Source: a virus (taxonomy: Duplodnaviria > Caudoviricetes). From it: a stretch of 35,880 bases of DNA. The notes beneath the pieces are model-generated. The model saw nothing but the letters and a program-made list of their open reading frames with translations, made no database searches and had not been told where the DNA came from. Below, piece by piece: positions 15,378 through 24,838 of the stretch (position 1 is its first letter; each line of letters opens with the position of its first letter). The position numbers and the translations under genes were made by a program. The stretch is taken from positions 1 to 35,880 of the IMG/VR virus record IMGVR_UViG_3300032212_000680. One strand, given 5' to 3'.

Positions 15378-17442
15378 AAAGACCTGGTATCAGATGAAGG
15401 CGATCGCTAAAGGAGCTGTCGAAATACTTATCTATGAGGAGATCGGTATTTGGGGAATTACCGCAAAAGACTTCATCGACGATCTGAAGCAATTTGAAGG
15501 CATCAGCAATATTTCTGTTCGTATTAACTCGCCCGGTGGCTCAGTGACTGATGGTATTGCGATCTATAACACGCTTAAACGGCACGAATCAAACATTGAT
15601 ATCTATATCGATGGACTAGCGGCCAGTATGGCCAGCGTGATCGCCATGGCTGGCAATACTGTACACATGTCAGAAACAGCCCTCTTTATGATTCATAACC
15701 CGTGGGGCGTTGCAATCGGTGACAGTGATGACATGCGAAAAACCGCAGATGTTATCGACAAAATGAAGAGCAGCCTCATCACGGCCTATTCCAATAAGAC
15801 CGGTACAGAGCGCGAGCTAATCAGCGAAATGATGGACGAAGAAACGTGGTTCAGTGCCGAGGAGGCTCTTAATCATGGATTTATTGACAATATTACCGAA
15901 GGTCTGGATGTAGCAGCCTCAGTCGATCTGCGTAAATTCAAGAACGCGCCGACTAATCACCCCCTTTTCAATACCGCGAAGGCACAAGCCAACGCAAAAC
16001 TAAACCAATCGGCACCAGCCGACAATACGGAGGGAGCAGAAATGCCCGAAGCTAAGAAAAAAGCTGACAAGTCTGCCGGTGCCAATGCCGGCAATACTGT
16101 CAACATCGACAATGCACGCGAAGAAGGCCATCAGGCCGGCGCTGAAGAAAATCAGAATCGTGTTAACGAAATCATGGATATTTTCTCATCACATGAAGGT
16201 CACACGGAACTGATGAACACGTGCGTTAAAGACTCATCATGTTCAGTAGAGAATGCACGACAAAAACTCCTGGACGCAATCGGCAGCAAGCACGTTCCTT
16301 GTGCAGGTGGCGATGTGCATATCGATACAGTCGCAGACGAAACCGATAAGCGCATTGAGGCATCTACGGATGTCCTTCTGCACCGCGCAGGTTTCAACCG
16401 CATGAGTGGTAACGGCCACAGTCAGAAGCAGATAACTCTGGAAGGTAACCCATTCCGTGGCCTGAGCCTGATGGAGCTTGCGCGCTCATGCCTACAAGCT
16501 CATGGCGTTAACACAAGCGGCATGGATAAACGCATGGTTGTTGGTCAGGCATTCCAGACCACATCGACCTTCCCTGTTCTGCTTGAAAACACCATGCATA
16601 AGATGCTGCAGGCAGCTTACATGGTTGCAAACGATACATGGTCGCGATTCTGTAAAGTTGGCTCTGTGAGCGATTTTCGTGCACATAACCGCTATCGCGT
16701 TGGTTCGATCGGTAATCTTGACACGCTCAATGAACACGGCGAGTACCAAAACAAAGCCATCCCTGACGGCGAAAAAGGCACCATTACTGCAACCACGAAA
16801 GGCAATATCATTGCCATCACTCGTGAAGCGATCATTAACGATGACCTGCAGGCGCTTGTCGACCTCGCTGTTAATCTTGGTCGTGCGTACAAACGCACTA
16901 TCGAAGCGGCGGTTTATTCACTGCTGGCCGAAAACTCAGGACTTGGCCCGACAATGTCGGACGGCGACACACTATTCCATGCGAATCATAACAACCTGGG
17001 CGGCGGCGCTGCTTTATCAATGGTCGCACTTGACGCTGATCGCGTTGTTATGGCCAAGCAAACTGATGTCGGCGGTAATGAATACCTTGATATTCGGCCT
17101 AGTAAATTGCTCGTACCGTTGTCACTAGGCGGTCAGGCGCGCTCTATAAACGAGGCGCAGTATGATCCCGACACGGCGAACAAGTTACAGAAACCTAACA
17201 TCGTTAATGGGCTTTTCGATGACATCATCGACACCCCTCGCATGACAGGTACACGTCGTTACCTGTTCGCAGATCCTAACGATGCACCAGTAATCGAGGT
17301 CGCTTTCCTTGATGGCGTACAAGAGCCTTACATCGAAACGAAGGAAGGCTGGAACGTTGATGGTGCGGAGCTCAAGGTTCGCGGTGATTTCGGTGTTGCT
17401 GCAACTGATTATCGTGGCGCAGTTACAGACGCCGGCGCTTAA
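15367..17442 (+). CDS. ClpP-like prohead protease / scaffold / major capsid fusion
   Basis: INSPGG, GLAASMAS, MIHNPW, ETWF.AEEA; charged linker; C-terminal Mu gpT-like capsid (TTSTFP.LL, ITREAIINDDL, IEVAFLDG..EP). Confidence 0.93.
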   Translation: MPTKKTWYQMKAIAKGAVEILIYEEIGIWGITAKDFIDDLKQFEGISNISVRINSPGGSVTDGIAIYNTLKRHESNIDIYIDGLAASMASVIAMAGNTVHMSETALFMIHNPWGVAIGDSDDMRKTADVIDKMKSSLITAYSNKTGTERELISEMMDEETWFSAEEALNHGFIDNITEGLDVAASVDLRKFKNAPTNHPLFNTAKAQANAKLNQSAPADNTEGAEMPEAKKKADKSAGANAGNTVNIDNAREEGHQAGAEENQNRVNEIMDIFSSHEGHTELMNTCVKDSSCSVENARQKLLDAIGSKHVPCAGGDVHIDTVADETDKRIEASTDVLLHRAGFNRMSGNGHSQKQITLEGNPFRGLSLMELARSCLQAHGVNTSGMDKRMVVGQAFQTTSTFPVLLENTMHKMLQAAYMVANDTWSRFCKVGSVSDFRAHNRYRVGSIGNLDTLNEHGEYQNKAIPDGEKGTITATTKGNIIAITREAIINDDLQALVDLAVNLGRAYKRTIEAAVYSLLAENSGLGPTMSDGDTLFHANHNNLGGGAALSMVALDADRVVMAKQTDVGGNEYLDIRPSKLLVPLSLGGQARSINEAQYDPDTANKLQKPNIVNGLFDDIIDTPRMTGTRRYLFADPNDAPVIEVAFLDGVQEPYIETKEGWNVDGAELKVRGDFGVAATDYRGAVTDAGA

Positions 17443-17459
17443 TCAGCATTCTGATAACA

Positions 17460-17484
17460 CGATCCCCTAATGGGGATCGGTTTT
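17460..17484 (+). terminator. Hairpin/terminator after the capsid gene
   Basis: CGATCCCC-TAAT-GGGGATCG followed by GTTTT. Confidence 0.6.
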
Positions 17485-17512
17485 CAATCAACAAATTCTT
17501 GAGGAAATTAAA

Positions 17513-17878
17513 ATGCCTAGTAATAATTATGTAGATACAGGTCATATCATTCAATACACTGCCGGCGCAGACATTACTGTCGGATCGGCTGTTGTAGTAG
17601 GCCAGCAGATTGGCGTTGCGCTTGAAGATATCGCAAACGGTGCCACTGGTTCTGTAGCAATGAATGGTGTATATAATTTGCCAAAGGTTGATGCTGCAGA
17701 TATCAATCAGGGTGAGTCAGTTATTTGGGACGCATCTGCTGGAAAGTTCGATGATAATGCCGCTACTCCAGCAACAGGCGATGTATCAGGTTGTTGTGTT
17801 GCAATGGAATCAAAAGGCGCAACCACCGATGAAAACATCAAGGTTAAGCTAAACATCGGCGTCGGTACAGTTGCCTAG
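17513..17878 (+). CDS. DUF2190-family capsid decoration/cement protein
   Basis: NYV..G, GVAL.DIA.G..G....GVY.LPK, VKLN; follows the capsid gene. Confidence 0.85.
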   Translation: MPSNNYVDTGHIIQYTAGADITVGSAVVVGQQIGVALEDIANGATGSVAMNGVYNLPKVDAADINQGESVIWDASAGKFDDNAATPATGDVSGCCVAMESKGATTDENIKVKLNIGVGTVA

Positions 17879-17891
17879 TAACTGAGTCGTC

Positions 17892-18203
17892 ATGACGTTT
17901 CGAGACTCATTTAAAAAAGTAGACGATCAGATCAAAACCGCCCTCGGTGAAGATGCAGTATTTACACCGAGCGGCGGCCAGGCTGCGACGATACGCGGGT
18001 ATTATCAGGAGCCATACCTCGAGGCTGATATCGGTATCGGCATCGAAGATACCGATCCGTCGTTTACCTGTTTAAAAGTGGATCTCGATAACGCGGGCGG
18101 GGTATCGCATGGCGATACCCTGCTTTATGACGGCGTTACTTATAACGTTACCGGCATCGAGCCGGACGGCACCGGACAAATAAAACTGATCTTGACGCTG
18201 TAA
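17892..18203 (+). CDS. Head-tail joining protein (gpFII-like)
   Basis: LG....FTP, GDTL..DG.TY.V...EPDGTG. Confidence 0.8.
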   Translation: MTFRDSFKKVDDQIKTALGEDAVFTPSGGQAATIRGYYQEPYLEADIGIGIEDTDPSFTCLKVDLDNAGGVSHGDTLLYDGVTYNVTGIEPDGTGQIKLILTL

Positions 18204-18757
18204 TGTTTGAGATCGATTTTAACGTCGACGACGTAAAAGAGTTATTAACAGTTGCCGAGCGTTCAGTTTTACCTAAAGCAACAACGCGCGCATTAAATAA
18301 AACAATACGTCGCGTACAGTCTCAGGCTGTAAAAATAATTGCTAAAAATTTCGGTATTGTGCAAAAAGAGATCCGGCCATATCTGCGGATCGATAAGCGC
18401 GCAACCTGGTCAGATCTCGAGGCGAGTATCGAGGCCAGCGGCAAACGAATACCGATCAACAAATTAAAACCGAAACAAACGGCGCGCGGTGTAACGTATC
18501 GCGGCCGTGACGGTAAGCGCATCGAGATCCCGAGCGCATTTATACAAGTTATACGCGTACAGGATCGCGCCGGCGTCTATAAGCGACGCAGCAAAAAACG
18601 CTTTCCGGTTTCATTTTTACGCACAGTTTCAATACCTCATGTAATGATCCAGGACGCTATAGCCCAGGCTATGCAAGACGTCGCGATCGAGGCGTGGGGT
18701 AAGAATTTTCCGCATGAAGTCGAGTATGCGCTTAAGCAAGCCGGCTTTGTTTCTTGA
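18203..18757 (+). CDS. Tail completion / minor tail protein Z-like
   Basis: Basic protein; RALNKT, SAFI, VYKR..K.RFP. Confidence 0.8.
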   Translation: MFEIDFNVDDVKELLTVAERSVLPKATTRALNKTIRRVQSQAVKIIAKNFGIVQKEIRPYLRIDKRATWSDLEASIEASGKRIPINKLKPKQTARGVTYRGRDGKRIEIPSAFIQVIRVQDRAGVYKRRSKKRFPVSFLRTVSIPHVMIQDAIAQAMQDVAIEAWGKNFPHEVEYALKQAGFVS

Positions 18758-18772
18758 TCAGAGGCAAATAAT

Positions 18773-19198
18773 ATGAGCAGACTATTAATCCATAAAACCG
18801 CACGTAAAGCGAATCCGCAAGAAGATACCAACGAGATTGGTGACATTGTTGACCACCAGCCGACTGGCTTTTCGTGGGGTACTAACATCGACAACAATAC
18901 CGGCTTCTTACAGCTTGAAGTTACAGGCCTGCCGATTAAAGAATTTACAATGCCGAATCAGCCTGAGTTCAATCCTGTAAACTTATCAATGCCGCTTGTG
19001 GAGCAGGTAGGCGATGATTTTAATATTATCAAGGAAAGACGCTTTAAAGTGGAGCGCGGCCTGTCTGGTGTTAATGTCTCAGATAGTGTAGCCACTATCG
19101 AAGCGGCGGCACTGGTTATCAGCGATAAAGTAGTACCAATTCCGGGCCAGTCGCGTATGCAATTTAATGTATCGACTCAAGAATTTGAAATGCTATAG
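18773..19198 (+). CDS. Hypothetical protein (first gene of neck accessory module)
   Basis: GAGG RBS; GDIVDHQPTGFSWG; in-operon position. Confidence 0.6.
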   Translation: MSRLLIHKTARKANPQEDTNEIGDIVDHQPTGFSWGTNIDNNTGFLQLEVTGLPIKEFTMPNQPEFNPVNLSMPLVEQVGDDFNIIKERRFKVERGLSGVNVSDSVATIEAAALVISDKVVPIPGQSRMQFNVSTQEFEML

Positions 19199-19211
19199 GA
19201 GGTTGTAAGCA

Positions 19212-20228
19212 GTGCCGACTTATACAATCGGTAGTGACGGCGGCAGGAATTACGCGAACTTCGCGTCATTTGCCGCTGATATTGGTGTCGGTATATCCAA
19301 TGACTTAGTAACGGATACCGAGAACTGGACTGTCGATGTCTACAATGATTCAGGCGCTACTGTATCAACTGGGTCTGGTGCATCAATCAACCCAACGACA
19401 GATGCTACCTACAACATTACTATACAGGCAGCCAGTGGACACGGCATAGCCGACCACTTTACCGCTAGTGACGCGCTATACCCTGACGCAACGGGCGCAG
19501 CACATTACACGTACACCGGCACATTCAGTAATGGCTGGAGTTTTGCAGCGCCCTATACCACGCTGACAGGGGTACAACTTGTCGCGACAGGTAATCGCGG
19601 CGGCGTTGGCGGCATGTCAGCAGATAACGGTATGACTTCTGGCTGCATATTTCACGTCACACACACGACAGCAGGCAATCACCTTTGGCAGATGTCAGGC
19701 TCAAGCGCACAGGCCACGATAGAAAATTGCTTGTTAATTCAGGATAGTGACGATAGGGATGCGTTGAGGATTGGTTTTTCCACTAAATATGTAAACCATT
19801 GCACCATTGTCAGAACAAACGCTAGTTCATCTGCTTGTGATGGTTTAGAAAATTTAGGCGGCACAGTTGTCGTTAAAAATACCTGCTCGTTGGCGGCAGA
19901 TACAACACCAACCGATGATTTTGAAAGCGGCACATATACGGGTAGCGCCTACAACGCATCGACAACAACGCAAGCCGGTACGATTGGCACGAACGATCAG
20001 TCAAGCGTAACCTACACAGACCAGTTTGAGGGCGCAAGTGACTTCCGCGCTAAGTCTGCTGGCGACCTTGATGGTAACGGCAATAACGCAGGCCCAGCCA
20101 CAGACATCATCGGGCAGACACGCGCATCAAGCTCGACGATTGGGTGCTGGGAGTTGATAGCGGCAGGCGGCGGCGGTGGATTCTACGCAAGAAATTATTA
20201 TGATCACCTTTTAGCAGGTAACGGTTAA
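19212..20228 (+). CDS. Putative beta-helix (pectin-lyase-like) virion appendage protein
   Basis: GTG start with GGAGG; G/S/T/N-rich with GCIF/NCLL/HCTI/NTCS ladder; C-terminal TDIIGQTR....IGCWE resembling choice-of-anchor Q endings. Confidence 0.55.
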   Translation: MPTYTIGSDGGRNYANFASFAADIGVGISNDLVTDTENWTVDVYNDSGATVSTGSGASINPTTDATYNITIQAASGHGIADHFTASDALYPDATGAAHYTYTGTFSNGWSFAAPYTTLTGVQLVATGNRGGVGGMSADNGMTSGCIFHVTHTTAGNHLWQMSGSSAQATIENCLLIQDSDDRDALRIGFSTKYVNHCTIVRTNASSSACDGLENLGGTVVVKNTCSLAADTTPTDDFESGTYTGSAYNASTTTQAGTIGTNDQSSVTYTDQFEGASDFRAKSAGDLDGNGNNAGPATDIIGQTRASSSTIGCWELIAAGGGGGFYARNYYDHLLAGNG

Positions 20229-21749
20229 ATGCAGAAAAATGTAGCAAGTCAAAAATTTGTCGTCTTTGCGTTTGATATTACAACCGGCGCGGCAAAAACA
20301 GGTGATGCGGCCAATATCACGGCCAATATAAAAAAAGACTACGGCACGGCAGCCGCGACAAACGACGTTAACCCCACCGAAACAGAGGACGGCTATTACC
20401 AATTCGACGCGACGCAGGCAGAAACAAACGCCGACGCGATTCAAGTATTACCGCAGAGTTCTACCGCAGATATACAAGTGATCTCGGTGCCTGGTGTGAT
20501 ATTCACCACGCCGGCGAATTTCGGCAACGACGTGATCCAGACTGGCGACGTATACCCTAAAGTCGATACTGAAATCGCTGATATTCTCACCGACACGGGA
20601 ACAACGTTAAATAACCTGATCGCCGCTATACAGGCCGACATGGATAACACTACGGACGGTTTCGGCGCGTTGAAGTTATTGATCGACGGAGTACAGAACG
20701 ATCTCGATAATGGCGCCGACGGACTCGGAGCATTGAAAACCCTGCTTGATACGCTGATTGCTAGATTGACAGCAGCGCGCGCCGGCTACCTGGATAAGCT
20801 AAACATCACTGGCAATGTAGCCGCGAGCTCGGAAGTAACCGCGATCCAGAATAATACGCGCGTGCGCGTCATGGTGCCGCACACGATGGAGCGACCAGAC
20901 AGCGGATCGACCGCGTTTAAATTGCATTTGTATATTTATGACGAAGCTGGAAATATGGAAGCGCCCGACAGCGCGCCGACAATTACCGCAGAAAACGAAA
21001 CCGGCACAAGTCGATCGGCTAATCTCGGCGTCGTAACGCTCGAGTCGGCCGGGCATTACTCGGTAACGTACACGCTCGCAAGCGGCGACGGTATCGAGCA
21101 ATTAATTTTTGAATGGACAGTAACCGAGGGCGCGGTCGCTCGTTTGCATGGTTCGTCCGCTCAAGTCGTTGACACAAGCGCCGTTGACTTTACCAGCGCC
21201 GATCGCGCGAAACTAGACACGCTGCACGATACGCGAATAACGGCAGGCCGTGCAGGAAACCTCGACAATCTCGACAAGGCAATTACCGCGCTAAACGATA
21301 TCGCGGCAACCGATATCGTAAGCAATGGCGCGATCAACACCCTCGCCGGCGCTGTGCAGAATGTTGATCTAGTTGATGCCTGCACAAGTAATACCGATAT
21401 GCGGGGCACAGATGGAGCCTTTACCGGAAATGAGGCAAGCATACGCGCCGAAATAGATACTAATTCGACTCAGATCGCGCAGATACTTGCGGACATAGGC
21501 GGGCTAAATGATCCGACAGCGGCAGCGATTGCAAGCGCAGTGTTAACTACCGCCATGTCTGAGAGCTACGCGGCGAAAGGTGCGGCCGGTACGCTGCCAC
21601 AAATTTTGTATTTTATTCAGCAATTACTTGTCGAGTTTGCTATTTCCGGCACGGCTTACCAAATCAATAAACTCGACGGCGTCACGCCGGCGGCTAGCTT
21701 GACGCTTGACGATGCGAACTCGCCCACGAGCATGACCAGGGCCACATAA
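20229..21749 (+). CDS. Putative fibre/whisker protein with internal repeats and Ig-like segments
   Basis: 506 aa, A/T/D-rich; repeats DMDNTTDGFGALKLLID / DLDNGADGLGALKTLLD and LTAARAGYLDKL / ITAGRAGNLDNL. Confidence 0.55.
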   Translation: MQKNVASQKFVVFAFDITTGAAKTGDAANITANIKKDYGTAAATNDVNPTETEDGYYQFDATQAETNADAIQVLPQSSTADIQVISVPGVIFTTPANFGNDVIQTGDVYPKVDTEIADILTDTGTTLNNLIAAIQADMDNTTDGFGALKLLIDGVQNDLDNGADGLGALKTLLDTLIARLTAARAGYLDKLNITGNVAASSEVTAIQNNTRVRVMVPHTMERPDSGSTAFKLHLYIYDEAGNMEAPDSAPTITAENETGTSRSANLGVVTLESAGHYSVTYTLASGDGIEQLIFEWTVTEGAVARLHGSSAQVVDTSAVDFTSADRAKLDTLHDTRITAGRAGNLDNLDKAITALNDIAATDIVSNGAINTLAGAVQNVDLVDACTSNTDMRGTDGAFTGNEASIRAEIDTNSTQIAQILADIGGLNDPTAAAIASAVLTTAMSESYAAKGAAGTLPQILYFIQQLLVEFAISGTAYQINKLDGVTPAASLTLDDANSPTSMTRAT

Positions 21750-22378
21750 TGCCAGCCGCACAAGTTGTAACGCGCGGTTTCGGCTCGTTTGGCTCAATAG
21801 CGGGCGTAGTTTTACGCGGCTTTACTAGCGGCGAAGCATCATTACCGGAGTCACTAAGAAAATTGATCAGACAATTCATAGTTCAGGCTTTAATTGATGC
21901 CGCAACCGCAGCGGGCGCTAATGTTTTCGATTATCCGATCCGGCGTAATCAGTCTAATTTACCGGCGCTCGAGGTATACACGCCAGTCGATCGCGTTGCT
22001 GAAAAGTTAAACGATACGCCGCTTACTTATGTGCGCGATCTAACGGTCATTATCAAAGCAATCGCCCAGGGTAACGACTCGGTCGGCGTTGTCGACGATC
22101 TCGCTAACGAGGTCGAGCTCGCATTGATTCGCGAGGACAAACTCGCGGGCGTGCTTGGCGGCAATGTTGAAAACATCGATCTAGAGGAAACGATCACCGA
22201 CGTCGACGGCGACGGCAAACGCATCGAGGTCGAGGCGGCTATTCAGTTTTCATGTCGTTATTACACTGATCACGGCCCTGTCGAGAATCGCGACTTTTTA
22301 CGCGTGCATGGCGACTTTGATGCGGCCAACCCAGACGGCGAGATCGAAGCGTCTGACGATGTAGACATTCCACAATAG
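21749..22378 (+). CDS. Tail terminator protein with N-terminal extension
   Basis: RKLIRQ.IV.AL, LPALEVYT..D, DDLA.EVE.AL, F.CRY.T; position before DUF2635 and sheath. Confidence 0.72.
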   Translation: MPAAQVVTRGFGSFGSIAGVVLRGFTSGEASLPESLRKLIRQFIVQALIDAATAAGANVFDYPIRRNQSNLPALEVYTPVDRVAEKLNDTPLTYVRDLTVIIKAIAQGNDSVGVVDDLANEVELALIREDKLAGVLGGNVENIDLEETITDVDGDGKRIEVEAAIQFSCRYYTDHGPVENRDFLRVHGDFDAANPDGEIEASDDVDIPQ

Positions 22379-22392
22379 CAAGGATCCAGATT

Positions 22393-22566
22393 ATGAAAAC
22401 ATTTATTCGCCCTCGCGAAGGGTTAAAGGTGCGCGCACCTGACGGCAGCGTATTACCAGCCGAGGGGGCAAGCATCGAAAACAATACATATTGGCGTCGT
22501 CGCATTATTGACGGCGACGTAATTATCGTAATTGTCGGCAAGAAAGCCGGCAAGAAATCGAAATAG
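22393..22566 (+). CDS. DUF2635 family protein (Mu gp38-like)
   Basis: Not in the ORF track (57 aa): MKTFIRPREGLKVRAPDGSVLPAEGASIENNTYWRRRIIDGDV... Confidence 0.85.
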   Translation: MKTFIRPREGLKVRAPDGSVLPAEGASIENNTYWRRRIIDGDVIIVIVGKKAGKKSK

Positions 22567-22589
22567 TTTTTTAACCGGAGGGATATAAA

Positions 22590-24065
22590 ATGCCTATCAG
22601 CTTCAACAGCATACCGGTAAACCTGAAAACACCTGGCGTATATGTCGAGTTTGATAACTCGCAAGCCATACGCGGTCTTGCGGGCTTACCTTACAAAGTT
22701 TTGATCGTCGGCCAGCGTTTAGCAGCTGGAACAGTCGCCGAGCTTGTACCGACTAAGGTAACAACAGCAAACCAGGCGATCGAATATTTCGGCCGCGCCT
22801 CGATGTTGGCGCACATGGTCGAGCAGTACAAAAAGAATAATAATTTTACAGAAACCTGGTGCATTGCACTCGACGACGCCGGCGCTGGCGTAGCCGCAAC
22901 CGGAAAGTTAACTATTACCGGCACGGCTACCGCCGCCGGCACGTTTAATCTATACGTTGCAGGCCGCGCCGTTAAAGTCGCCGTCGCCGCATCCGACGAT
23001 CAAGACGCTGTCGCCGCCGCGATTGTCGCCGCAATTACTGCCGATCTGGATCTACCAGTAACGGCCGCAGTAAATGGCACTAACGCAGACGAGGCCGACA
23101 TTACCGCGCGCCATAAAGGCGAAAACGGTAACGATATCGACTTGCGTGTTAACTATTACCAGGGCGAAGAATTGCCCGCCGGCATTACTGTTGCGGTCAC
23201 AGCAATGGCAAGCGGCGCGACAAACCCCGACTTTGCCGGGGTTGTCACGGCAATGGGTGACGAGTGGTATAACGTTATTGCCATGCCATACACCGACGCG
23301 GCTAACCTGACGTTACTCGAAACCGAGTTATCCGATCGCTGGGGGCCGTTGCGCCCTATCGAGGGTCACGCCTTCGCAGGCGCGGCAGGCAGCCAGGGCA
23401 CTATGACAACGCTTGGCGACTCGCGCAATAATCCGCACCTTTCTATTATGGGCGCGAATGCGAGCCCGACACCGCCGCACGAGCTTGCTGCGATTGTCTC
23501 AGGCGTTGCGGCATACTATGGCAACATTGATCCGGCGCGCCCTTTCCAGACGTTGGATCTGGTCGGCTTTCTGCCGCCCGCATTAACTGCTAAATGGACG
23601 CAGGCCGAGCGAAACCTGCTATTACTTGACGGTATTAGTACCTACACGGTCGACGCCGGCGGCACGGCGCATATCGAGCGCCTGGTGACGACGTACAACC
23701 TTAACGATCAGGCGGTGCGCGACGAGTCTTATTTCGACGTTAATACACTGCTAACGCTTGGTTACTTGCGTTACACATTCCGCGCGCGTTTTAGCTCGCG
23801 CTATCCACGCCATAAACTCGGCGACGACGGTACACGTTATGGTGCAGGTCAGGCAATTCTGACGCCGAAAACAGCTAAGGGCGAGTGCTTTAACCTGTTT
23901 CGGCAGTGGGAGGAAATCGGCCTGGTTGAAAACTTCGATCAGTTTAAAGCCGATATCGTCGTCGAGCGTAACGGCATCGATCCGAACCGCCTCGACTTCT
24001 TGCTGCCGCCCGACTTAATTAATCAGTTGCGCGTAGTGGCGGCACAAATCGAATTTCGCCTTTAA
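22590..24065 (+). CDS. Tail sheath protein (Mu GpL-like)
   Basis: ISFNSIP..LKTPGVYVEFDNS, FG..SMLA.M, DPARPFQTL, ERN.LL.DGIST, PPDLINQLRV. Confidence 0.95.
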   Translation: MPISFNSIPVNLKTPGVYVEFDNSQAIRGLAGLPYKVLIVGQRLAAGTVAELVPTKVTTANQAIEYFGRASMLAHMVEQYKKNNNFTETWCIALDDAGAGVAATGKLTITGTATAAGTFNLYVAGRAVKVAVAASDDQDAVAAAIVAAITADLDLPVTAAVNGTNADEADITARHKGENGNDIDLRVNYYQGEELPAGITVAVTAMASGATNPDFAGVVTAMGDEWYNVIAMPYTDAANLTLLETELSDRWGPLRPIEGHAFAGAAGSQGTMTTLGDSRNNPHLSIMGANASPTPPHELAAIVSGVAAYYGNIDPARPFQTLDLVGFLPPALTAKWTQAERNLLLLDGISTYTVDAGGTAHIERLVTTYNLNDQAVRDESYFDVNTLLTLGYLRYTFRARFSSRYPRHKLGDDGTRYGAGQAILTPKTAKGECFNLFRQWEEIGLVENFDQFKADIVVERNGIDPNRLDFLLPPDLINQLRVVAAQIEFRL

Positions 24066-24081
24066 TATAGGAGCATAGAAA

Positions 24082-24447
24082 ATGCCAGAAAAAAGACGAG
24101 CCGGTATAATCTTTTTTAAGGTTAACGGCGTACAGTACGATGCAAAAGGATCGTTTTCTTACAATATGGGCGTACCAAAACGCGAGGGTATGGTCGGATC
24201 TGACGGCTTTCATGGTTATAAAGAAATGCCGCAGCTTGCCTATATCGAGGGTGAGATTACCGACCGCAACGATCTTGATCTGAAACAGCTTTATGCGCTG
24301 GAAGATACAACGATCACGCTTGAATTAGCGAACGGCAAAGTGGTTACTTTGCGCGACGCTTATTTTGCGGGTGAAGGTACGGCACAGTCAGACGAAGCGA
24401 CTGTTCCGGTACGCTTTGAAGGCCCAAGCGCCGACGAGGTGCAGTAA
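24082..24447 (+). CDS. Tail tube protein (Mu GpM-like)
   Basis: AG..FFKVNG, G.DG.HGYKE.P, T.TLELANGK, VRFEG. Confidence 0.92.
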   Translation: MPEKRRAGIIFFKVNGVQYDAKGSFSYNMGVPKREGMVGSDGFHGYKEMPQLAYIEGEITDRNDLDLKQLYALEDTTITLELANGKVVTLRDAYFAGEGTAQSDEATVPVRFEGPSADEVQ

Positions 24448-24722
24448 TGAGCGAACCTATCAAGATCAAACTCAGCGCGCCTATCAAGGCGCACGACGAT
24501 GATATTAACGAGCTCGTTATTCGCAGCCCGAAAGGAAAAGATTTTAAAAAAATAACGGGTAACTCGGTCGATCGGCCTTTCGAGTTAATACTCGATTTCG
24601 CGGCCCATTTGGCAGGCATACCGCCGTCGAGCATGAACGATCTCGAATCGCAAGACGTGGCCGCGATCGTGGAGGTCGTCGGCCCTTTTTTAGACGCATT
24701 CCGACCAACTGGCAAGACATAG
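24447..24722 (+). CDS. Tail assembly chaperone (Mu gp41 / P2 gpE-like)
   Basis: L..PI......EL..R.P..KD, LAGIPPS....L...D; slippery heptamer T TTT TTA at 24686-24692. Confidence 0.85.
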   Translation: MSEPIKIKLSAPIKAHDDDINELVIRSPKGKDFKKITGNSVDRPFELILDFAAHLAGIPPSSMNDLESQDVAAIVEVVGPFLDAFRPTGKT

Positions 24723-24838
24723 CCGGCGATCTTTGTCGGCTAGGCGTGCCGCCTTCTGAGTTTTTCGATATGGATATCGACGACATTATGATCTATCACG
24801 CACAGGCAGTAAGACTATATGGCAACGAGAGAGAGTAA
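24689..24838 (+). CDS. -1 frameshift extension of the tail chaperone (gpE'/gpGT-like)
   Basis: The -1 frame reads FRRIPTNWQDIAGDLCRLGVPPSEFFDMDIDDIMIYHAQAVRLYGNERE*, resembling GpE' (PPSE...M....YH.QA). Confidence 0.8.
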   Translation, partial: FRRIPTNWQDIAGDLCRLGVPPSEFFDMDIDDIMIYHAQAVRLYGNERE

